This document shows, piece after piece, positions 57,200-64,000 of a DNA stretch of 64,000 nt. The notes beneath the pieces are model-generated. The model made no database searches, was not told the DNA's origin, and was given only the letters and a program-made list of their open reading frames with translations. Position 1 is the first letter of the stretch. Each line of letters begins with the position of its first letter. The stretch is from Bacilli bacterium (GTDB taxonomy: Bacteria > Bacillota_I > Bacilli_A > RF39 > UBA660): the NCBI GenBank assembly GCA_017940575.1, contig JAGAYJ010000032.1:11158-75157 (forward strand), written 5' to 3'. Made by a program: the position numbers and the translations under genes.

Positions 57200-58045
57200 C
57201 TATAACATTTTCCATGGTTTCATTTTAGTTTTATCTTTTGCGTATTCTTCATATATAGCAATGAGCTTATTATCTTTTATAAAAGCTACTATATCAGTAT
57301 TATATCTATTTTCTAAAATTGAGCCATTTTTTATCTTTGAATATAAAAAATCATCAACTTCTATTTTTTTATAATCAATTACATCTAAGATATTTATAAA
57401 CTTATATTTACCATTTCTTACATCTTCTATTTGATACGAATCTTCTATATTAAATATACCTTGTTTTATTCTTCTTAAATTAGTCATTATAGCTCCACAT
57501 TTTAAATAGTTACCAATATCATTTATTAAACTTCTGATATATGTTCCTTTTGAAACTAAGCATTTAATCTTAATAGTGTTTTCTTCTATAGAAAGAATTT
57601 CTAATTCTTTTATATCTACTTCTCTTTTAGGTAATAAAACCTCTTTATTACTTCTTGCATAATCATATAGTTTTTTACCATTTACTTTAACAGAAGAATA
57701 TATTGGTACTTCTTGCATATATTTACCCTTAAAAGACATAATAGCATTTATTATTTCCTCTTTTGTTAAAGCAACATTATTTTCTTCTAATATAGCACCT
57801 TCTATATCATATGTATCAGTTTTAATACCTAGCTTAAATTCGGCTATATATTCTTTATAAGTAGATGTAAGTATTTCACCTAATTTTGTATATTTACCTA
57901 TAGTACAAACAAGAACACCAGTTGCAAGTGGATCAAGTGTTCCTGTATGACCTACTTTTTTTGTATGAAATATATGAACTAAGTCATTTACAACATCTCT
58001 AGAGGTAATGCCTTTTTCTTTATCAATTACAATTATTCCATCCAT
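57200..58045 (-). CDS. truB: tRNA pseudouridine55 synthase TruB
   Basis: MDGIIVIDKEKGITSRDVV...KVGHTGTLDPLATGVL (catalytic Asp). Confidence 0.9.
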   Translation of the reverse strand: MDGIIVIDKEKGITSRDVVNDLVHIFHTKKVGHTGTLDPLATGVLVCTIGKYTKLGEILTSTYKEYIAEFKLGIKTDTYDIEGAILEENNVALTKEEIINAIMSFKGKYMQEVPIYSSVKVNGKKLYDYARSNKEVLLPKREVDIKELEILSIEENTIKIKCLVSKGTYIRSLINDIGNYLKCGAIMTNLRRIKQGIFNIEDSYQIEDVRNGKYKFINILDVIDYKKIEVDDFLYSKIKNGSILENRYNTDIVAFIKDNKLIAIYEEYAKDKTKMKPWKML

Positions 58046-58046
58046 A

Positions 58047-59324
58047 TTAAAAATCCTTATATTCAAGTTCTAGATCTAATATACGTATTGTATCACCATC
58101 TTGAGCACCAGCTTCTCTTAAAGCATCATCAATACCCATACGTCTTAATTGATTTGAAAATCTTCTAACAGCCTCATCAGTTTGGAATTTAGTCATACGA
58201 AGAAGTTTTTCAACTCTCTCACCTTTAATAACCCAAACATTTCCATCTTTTACAATAGTAAACGGTTTTTCACGTTTAAATTTATATAAAACATGAGACT
58301 CTATTTTATCTTCTTCATATAAAGGCTCTCTTTCAATTGTATCTAACATATCAGATAACTCATTTATAACCTCTTTAAGTCCAGTTGAAGTTAGAGCAGA
58401 TACTTCAAATATTTTTCTATCTTTAATTTTATCTTTAAATGATTTTAGATTTTCCTTAGATGTTTCCATATCCATTTTATTAGCAATTATTATCTCAGGT
58501 TTATTCATTAATTTTTTATCAAAATTTTCTAACTCTTTTCTAATAGTTATATAGTCATTATATGGATCTCTTCCTTCCATACCACTCATATCTATAACAT
58601 GAGCTATAACACGTGTTCTTTCAATGTGTTTTAAAAATCTATCACCAAGTCCTGAACCTAATGATGCTCCTTCTATAAGACCTGGCAAATCTGCCATAAC
58701 AAATGATTTACCCTCTCTTACACTTACAACACCTAAGTTTGGAGTAAGAGTTGTAAAGTGATAAGCCGCAATCTTAGGTTTAGATGAAGATACTTTAGAA
58801 ATTAATGTTGATTTTCCAACACTAGGTAGACCTACTAGTCCAACATCTGCAAGCAGTTTAAGTTCTACTTTTAATTTTCTTATCTCTCCTGGTTCACCAT
58901 TTTCTGAGTAGGCAGGAGCTGGATTAGAATGAGTTGCGAAAGCAATATTTCCTCTACCTCCACGTCCACCATAAGCAACAACTACATTTTCACCCTTTTT
59001 AGTTAAATCAGCAATAATCATGCCAGTCTCAGCATCACTTACTACAGTTCCAACTGGAACTTTTATAACTACATCTTCGGCATTTTTTCCATTTTTAGCT
59101 TTACCTTCACCATTAGCACCTTTAGATCCTTTAATAAATCTTTTGTATCTAAGGTCAATTAATGTATTTAATCCTTCATCAGTTTCAAATATGATGTCTG
59201 ATCCTTTTCCACCATTTCCACCAAATGGTCCTCCCATAGCAACAAATTTTTCACGTCTAAATGCCATACATCCGTTACCACCATCACCTGCGTTAACTTC
59301 AACCGTTACTTCATCTATAAACAT
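58047..59324 (-). CDS. obg: GTPase Obg/CgtA
   Basis: MFIDEVTVEVNAGDGGNG (Obg fold), GLPSVGKST, DLPGLIEGA, and a C-terminal OCT domain. Confidence 0.95.
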   Translation of the reverse strand: MFIDEVTVEVNAGDGGNGCMAFRREKFVAMGGPFGGNGGKGSDIIFETDEGLNTLIDLRYKRFIKGSKGANGEGKAKNGKNAEDVVIKVPVGTVVSDAETGMIIADLTKKGENVVVAYGGRGGRGNIAFATHSNPAPAYSENGEPGEIRKLKVELKLLADVGLVGLPSVGKSTLISKVSSSKPKIAAYHFTTLTPNLGVVSVREGKSFVMADLPGLIEGASLGSGLGDRFLKHIERTRVIAHVIDMSGMEGRDPYNDYITIRKELENFDKKLMNKPEIIIANKMDMETSKENLKSFKDKIKDRKIFEVSALTSTGLKEVINELSDMLDTIEREPLYEEDKIESHVLYKFKREKPFTIVKDGNVWVIKGERVEKLLRMTKFQTDEAVRRFSNQLRRMGIDDALREAGAQDGDTIRILDLELEYKDF

Positions 59325-59380
59325 AATATCACCCGTTTCTTCTAAAAGATTATAACAAATTTATATATATTTGTAAAATA

Positions 59381-59416
59381 GAAAATAAGAAAAGATAAAG
59401 AATAATTCTTTATCTT
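59381..59416 (-). terminator. Rho-independent terminator of trpS (encloses the stop codon)
   Basis: 11-bp perfect stem AAGATAAAGAA/TTCTTTATCTT followed by a T-rich tail. Confidence 0.65.
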
Positions 59417-60393
59417 GTAAGTCCCATAGTTTGTTTTAATAAAGCGTATTTTTCTTGAGCTATCTTACTTGTTACATTAAGACCATTATCTAATATTTCA
59501 TCTATTTCATTACTATTTTGATACATCTCATATTTTTCTTGAATTGGTTTTAGTGTATCAATTACTACATCAGCAACAGCACCTTTAAATGTTCCATAAT
59601 TAGAATCTTTAAATTTGTCTTCTACTTCACTAACTGATAGATTAGATAGAGCACTATAAATATTTATTAAATTACTAATTCCAGGTTTATTTACTGGGTC
59701 AAATTTTATAGACATATCAGAATCAGTTGTAGCACGCATTATTTTTTTTCTAATATCTTCTTCACTATCAAGTAGATAAATAATACCATTTTTATTCTCG
59801 CTTGATTTACTCATTTTATGAGTAGGATCTATTAAATCCATAATTTTTTTACTATTTGTTCCAATTAATGGTTCAGGCATAGTAAATATTTCTTTATTAT
59901 ATTTTTTATTTACTCTATCTGCTATATTACGAGCAAGTTCTACGTGTTGTTTTTGATCTTGACCTACAGGTACTAAATCAGTATTATAAATAAGTATATC
60001 TGATGCCATTAAAACAGGATAAGTTAAAAGTCCTGATGAGAATGATTTGTGTTTTTGTGACTTATCTTTAAATTGTGTCATACGAGTTAACTCACCATAT
60101 GGAGTTAAACACTCTAACATCCAAGACACATTTGCATGATAAACATTTTCTGATTGTAAGAAGATAGTATTCTTATCTTTATCTATTCCGCAAGCTAAAT
60201 ATATAGCTAGTAAATTTCTAATATTTTTCTTTAACTCACTTGGATCTTGTTCAACAGTTATAGCATGCATATCAGCAACGAATATAAAACTATCATAATT
60301 ATTTTGATATTCAACCATTTGTCTTATTGCACCTATATAGTTTCCAAGTGTAATCTCTCCAGTTGGTTGCAAGCCTGTTAACATTCTTTTCAT
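59410..60393 (-). CDS. trpS: Tryptophan--tRNA ligase
   Basis: 327 aa. GLQPTGEITLGNYIG (HIGH-like) and KMSKS. Confidence 0.95.
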   Translation of the reverse strand: MKRMLTGLQPTGEITLGNYIGAIRQMVEYQNNYDSFIFVADMHAITVEQDPSELKKNIRNLLAIYLACGIDKDKNTIFLQSENVYHANVSWMLECLTPYGELTRMTQFKDKSQKHKSFSSGLLTYPVLMASDILIYNTDLVPVGQDQKQHVELARNIADRVNKKYNKEIFTMPEPLIGTNSKKIMDLIDPTHKMSKSSENKNGIIYLLDSEEDIRKKIMRATTDSDMSIKFDPVNKPGISNLINIYSALSNLSVSEVEDKFKDSNYGTFKGAVADVVIDTLKPIQEKYEMYQNSNEIDEILDNGLNVTSKIAQEKYALLKQTMGLTR

Positions 60394-60437
60394 AATATCA
60401 CCTAATTCATTATAACATAAAAATGACTATTAAGTCA

Positions 60438-60566
60438 TTATTTTGTTTTTATACATATTTTTTCATATTTTAAGAAGTTTGCACATTCTTTTAAATAATC
60501 TTGTTTCATTTTATATTCTTGTTTAGTAATTACCTTCTCTTTATATAAATGTTCTAACGTTTTCAT
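60438..60566 (-). CDS. Possible 42-aa SHOCT-like small protein
   Basis: MKTLEHLYKEKVITKQEYKMKQDYLKECANFLKYEKICIKTK. LxxLYxxxVITxxEY resembles the SHOCT motif. It is followed by the hairpin ATGACT-taat-AGTCAT plus Ts. No clear RBS. Confidence 0.25.
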   Translation of the reverse strand: MKTLEHLYKEKVITKQEYKMKQDYLKECANFLKYEKICIKTK

Positions 60567-60616
60567 TTTTTTATGATATGTATTATAACACATATATTAA
60601 TATGTCAAAAAAAACA

Positions 60617-61390
60617 TTAGATATTTGCTAATGTTTTTTCTACTACTCTTTTTATATCTCTTTCATTAAATGGTTTTGAAAGTACATCTGCAATTGGATA
60701 ATTAAATGCTCTTTCAATGTTTTCTTTTGAATCTTCACCAGTTATAATTGATACTGGAATTTTTTTAAATAAACCATTGTTTCTAAAGTAATCTAACACT
60801 TCAAATCCATTTACATTTGGCATATTTAAGTCAAGTAACATAGCTACAATATTATCATTTGTAGCAATAATATTTAAAGCTTCTTTACCATCGTTAGCTA
60901 TTAATACATTATATGTATCATTGAATATTTTTTGAACAAATGTAGAGATAATTGTAGAATCATCTACAACTAAGATAGTTTTATCTTTTTGAACATTGCT
61001 TGTATTTTCACTAAATACTTTAACGTTTACTTCACGTCCAAGGTATGAACTTGCAACTTCTACAATTCTTTTAGCTTCATTCATTAAAATGTCATAGTTT
61101 ACATATACATATTCTACATTATTTGCTTTACTAGCCATTTCATGATTATAAGAAAGTTCAGCAAGTTTAGTAAATCCTAAATATTTAGAATCACTTTTTA
61201 GTGAGTGTACTAATATAGCATAGTTAGCCATATCAGATGCTTCTTTATATCTTTCTATATCAGATAATTTTTGATCAACATTAGCTAAGAATTCTTCTAA
61301 TGTTTCATTATATGTTTCCATATCTCCAAAAAGTTCTAAACTTTGATCAACATCTACTCCATTTGATTTTAATATATTTACGTCTCTCAT
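60617..61390 (-). CDS. Hpt-domain plus receiver-domain phosphorelay protein
   Basis: N-terminal Hpt domain (VHSLKSDSKYLG) and a C-terminal REC domain (VVDDS...LLDLNMPNVNG...SKPF). Confidence 0.75.
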   Translation of the reverse strand: MRDVNILKSNGVDVDQSLELFGDMETYNETLEEFLANVDQKLSDIERYKEASDMANYAILVHSLKSDSKYLGFTKLAELSYNHEMASKANNVEYVYVNYDILMNEAKRIVEVASSYLGREVNVKVFSENTSNVQKDKTILVVDDSTIISTFVQKIFNDTYNVLIANDGKEALNIIATNDNIVAMLLDLNMPNVNGFEVLDYFRNNGLFKKIPVSIITGEDSKENIERAFNYPIADVLSKPFNERDIKRVVEKTLANI

Positions 61391-61443
61391 TCTATCACCC
61401 TAATTTGATTATAGCACAATATATTTTTTAATACTATACTATT

Positions 61444-62277
61444 TTACAACATTTGACTCATTTTTTTACATGTTTCTCTATTTGTTTTAAGTTCTTTTAA
61501 ACTTTTATTTGGAGTTGGTAAATTCTCAGGCATTAAACCACCAGCCTCTTTTATAGCCTTCCTAACAATTTTTCCAATTTGATTATGAGCTACATTACAA
61601 TTATTTTCACCCATTATATTTTCATTTTTTATTTTAGATTCTGCTTGCGTAATTCTAAACAAATTAGCTGCTAGTTCTACACTTCCCATATTATCTAGTA
61701 TATCCTCTCTATATCTTAAGTTTTTTCTTTTTGCTATGTCGTTTGCAGTCTCACCATTGTATAAACCTTTATATCCAGCATTATGAAATTTATCAAAGTT
61801 TTTAACTCCACTTTTACTAGCAGTTTTATTTAACAATAAATTAGCTTTTTTAGTTAAGTCTCTTTGGTATTTTCTCCGTTCCAATTCAGTTAGTTCATCA
61901 ATATTTGTCTCTAATAATTCTTGCTTTCTTGCCTGTATTGCAAAATAAGTTTGAGCAAGAGCTATATTTTCTAAATGTGAATCACCATTTTGAGCAATCA
62001 AATAGCATGCGTAGCGTGATAGTTTATAATCTATAATTTTTCTTTTTGTCATAGACCCTATATTAACCATTTTGTCCAATTGGACAAAATGGTTTAAAAC
62101 ATTATCACCACTTTTTATACATGAGGTTTTAGCCTTTCCAATAATATTATTAAATTTTCTCCATTCCTTGTATCCTAATACTTTTTGAAGTTCTCTCGCA
62201 CTCCAATATTCTAATTCCTCTTCATCAATATGTTTAATATCTTCAAATATAGAATTTTTTAATATAATTTTACTCAT
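61444..62277 (-). CDS. dinD: DNA-damage-inducible protein D family protein (intact copy)
   Basis: 277 aa. EYWSARELQKVLGY...MVNIGSMTKRKIIDYKLSRYACYLIAQNGD...AQTYFA. C-terminal GGLMPENLPTP. Confidence 0.75.
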   Translation of the reverse strand: MSKIILKNSIFEDIKHIDEEELEYWSARELQKVLGYKEWRKFNNIIGKAKTSCIKSGDNVLNHFVQLDKMVNIGSMTKRKIIDYKLSRYACYLIAQNGDSHLENIALAQTYFAIQARKQELLETNIDELTELERRKYQRDLTKKANLLLNKTASKSGVKNFDKFHNAGYKGLYNGETANDIAKRKNLRYREDILDNMGSVELAANLFRITQAESKIKNENIMGENNCNVAHNQIGKIVRKAIKEAGGLMPENLPTPNKSLKELKTNRETCKKMSQML

Positions 62278-62352
62278 AGTATTTCTCCTTTCATTTAAGG
62301 ATATATATTAATTTTAAATTATATTAAATTCAACTAATTCGACAAAAGAAGA

Positions 62353-62380
62353 CAAAAAAAGAATTAAATAATTAATTCTT
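62353..62380 (-). terminator. Rho-independent terminator of the histidine kinase gene (encloses the stop codon)
   Basis: AAGAATTAA-ttat-TTAATTCTT followed by TTTTTT. Confidence 0.65.
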
Positions 62381-63958
62381 TATGTAAGTATTTAAGATTT
62401 TATTTAATTCCATTTTATCAATTGGTTTAGATAAGTAATCATTAAATCCTTCTTCAAGATATTTTTCTCTCATACCAGATATAGCATTAGCAGTTAAAGC
62501 TATTACAGGTATATTAAAGTTTTCTATTTCTTTTAATTTATGGAATGTTTCAACACCACTCATATTAGACATCATATCATCCATTAAAATTATATCAAAT
62601 TGTTCTCCTGATTTAATTAAATCAATACACTCAAATCCACTTTCTATAGTTTTAATCTCACAGTTATATTTTTCAATTAAACGTGATGCTACTTTTAAGT
62701 TTAATTTATTATCATCAACTATTAATACTTTTTTACCAGTTAAATCTCTAATATCTGAACTGTTATTTTCATTTTCTATTTTTATTTGTTCTGGAGCTTT
62801 ATGTATAATTCCTTGATCAAGTGCCACAGTAAATTTAGAACCTTTACCATATACACTTTGAACCATTATTCTACCATTCATTAAATCTACTAATCTTTTT
62901 GTAATAGCAAGTCCAAGTCCAGTTCCTTCAATTGTTTTATTTTTTTCTAAATCAAGTCTTTGAAACTTATCAAATAATTGATCTATGTTTTCTTTTTTAA
63001 TACCTATTCCAGTATCTTCAACAGATATTATAAGTCTACAAACACTATTATTTTGAATAGAAGATACTCTAAATATTACTTCTCCTTCTTTAGTATACTT
63101 AATAGCATTTGTAAGTAAGTTTAATATTATTTGTTTGACACGAACAGCATCACCATATAAAATTGGCGGAATGCTCTTATCAAAAATCGGTTTAAAGTCC
63201 AACTTTTTATCACCCATACGGGCTTTAGATAAAGCAACTAGGTCATTTAATACTTCATATATATTATATTCGCCATTTACTATCTCTATCTTATTTGCTT
63301 CAATTTTTGAAATATCCAAAATTCCATTAACAAGTTCAAGTAATGATTCACTTGCCCTTACTATATCTTTAACTTCTTCCTCAGCTTGCTCTGGCAAATT
63401 CTCTTCTTGTAGAGCTTGAGAAAAACCTACTATTGCATTTAGTGGAGTTCTTATTTCATGAGACATAGAACTTAAGAATTCTGATTTTGATTGATTAGCT
63501 CTATCTGCTTGATCACGAGCAATATTAAGTTGTTCTATCATAGCAAGATCGGGATTTTCTATTGTAAAATACATCATCACTATTGCTATTGCATGTGATG
63601 GAACAATAAATAAAAATTCTATATGAACGACTTGTATTACAGTACATATAATTCCAAAGACAATTGAACTAATCAATGGAATAGATTGCTTTTTAAAAAA
63701 GTTTTTTCTATTAAGAATTCCACATATCATTATACATGCCATACCTATTGAAAAAGCTAAATATTGAAAAGTAGTTCCAACTCCTTTTGGATAAATATAA
63801 GTATCATTCAATTCAATTTCTACCGGTAAAACTAAAGATAGTATAAAAAATATAATATAAAAAATTGTTAAAACCTTTTTTAAAGACTTATATTTTTTAT
63901 CATCGATGTCTTCAAAATCAAAAAAAACAACAAAACCATAAAGAACAAAATAATACAT
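62372..63958 (-). CDS. Hybrid sensor histidine kinase (TM sensor, HisKA, HATPase_c, REC)
   Basis: About 5 N-terminal TM helices, the H-box SHEIRTPLNAI, the G-boxes DTGIGI and GTGLGLAI, and a C-terminal receiver (VDDNKLN...DDMMSNMSG...SKP). Confidence 0.85.
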   Translation of the reverse strand: MYYFVLYGFVVFFDFEDIDDKKYKSLKKVLTIFYIIFFILSLVLPVEIELNDTYIYPKGVGTTFQYLAFSIGMACIMICGILNRKNFFKKQSIPLISSIVFGIICTVIQVVHIEFLFIVPSHAIAIVMMYFTIENPDLAMIEQLNIARDQADRANQSKSEFLSSMSHEIRTPLNAIVGFSQALQEENLPEQAEEEVKDIVRASESLLELVNGILDISKIEANKIEIVNGEYNIYEVLNDLVALSKARMGDKKLDFKPIFDKSIPPILYGDAVRVKQIILNLLTNAIKYTKEGEVIFRVSSIQNNSVCRLIISVEDTGIGIKKENIDQLFDKFQRLDLEKNKTIEGTGLGLAITKRLVDLMNGRIMVQSVYGKGSKFTVALDQGIIHKAPEQIKIENENNSSDIRDLTGKKVLIVDDNKLNLKVASRLIEKYNCEIKTIESGFECIDLIKSGEQFDIILMDDMMSNMSGVETFHKLKEIENFNIPVIALTANAISGMREKYLEEGFNDYLSKPIDKMELNKILNTYIKN

Positions 63959-64000
63959 CCATAAAACATAATATATATATAATAATTTAACAAAAATATT

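Noticed and set aside
60394-60616. T-box riboswitch upstream of trpS (and likewise upstream of alaS).
   Set aside because: The 223-bp region has no recognisable T-box sequence or specifier/antiterminator architecture. It contains a small ORF, a terminator and a TGtTATAAT promoter instead. The alaS start overlaps the upstream kinase gene, leaving no leader.
1-64000. CRISPR arrays, rRNA genes, IS elements or transposases, and restriction-modification or other canonical defence operons.
   Set aside because: No regularly spaced repeats, rRNA-like GC-rich blocks, transposase or integrase motifs, or multi-gene defence signatures were seen on either strand.

Overview
This is a 64-kb chromosomal segment from a very AT-rich bacterium (under about 30% G+C by eye) that uses the standard genetic code. 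It looks like a cell-walled low-GC Gram-positive (Bacillota, Erysipelotrichia-like), but that lineage call is inference. About 90% of genes lie on the minus strand.

Core content, all on the minus strand unless noted:
- Start of window: PP2C phosphatase (partial) and rlmN.
- First dcw block: mraZ-rsmH-ftsL-PBP2B, ending in a prepilin-type gene.
- mutS.
- Second dcw fragment: class B PBP-mraY-ftsW.
- A fused ABC ATPase/permease, a MATE/cytidylate-kinase-like fusion, and rnc.
- Plus strand: yidD, a ZnuA-like lipoprotein and a ZIP transporter.
- tRNA-Ser(GCU).
- Transcription/ribosomal block: secE-nusG-[unknown ORF]-rplK-rplA-(L10 leader)-rplJ-rplL-methyltransferase-rpoB-rpoC.
- A dGTPase-like HD protein, a short AlaRS, a dNMP-kinase-like protein and an AI-2E transporter.
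- lexA (plus strand), queH, a NifS/thioredoxin redox cluster, truB, obg and trpS.
- A hybrid histidine kinase plus an Hpt-REC protein.

Accessory content is scattered between these genes:
- Five prepilin-type (type IV pilin-like) genes, one paired with a phage tail-collar domain protein.
- NrtR-like Nudix regulator, ORF6N/PLD-like, KilA-N, a broken Bro-N gene and a DUF1016 nuclease.
- Two dinD paralogs, one frameshifted.
- A GNAT cassette bounded by a 69-bp duplication of the ftsW 3' end.

No rRNA, CRISPR array, integrase, transposase or reverse transcriptase is visible.

Observations most worth following up:
1. A small SOS regulon readable from the sequence: Cheo-type LexA boxes sit inside near-consensus promoters. 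One of these promoters, divergent from lexA, drives an unannotated 28-aa hydrophobic peptide.
2. A type I toxin-antitoxin-like pair at 28.4-28.7 kb: a 25-aa hydrophobic ORF plus a convergent small RNA with its own consensus promoter and terminator.
3. An abrupt roughly 310-bp GC-rich, adenine-poor block covering the last ~47 codons and 3' flank of a pilin-like gene, with two perfect 10-bp-stem hairpins.

All functional calls come from reading translated motifs and synteny. No database search was run.
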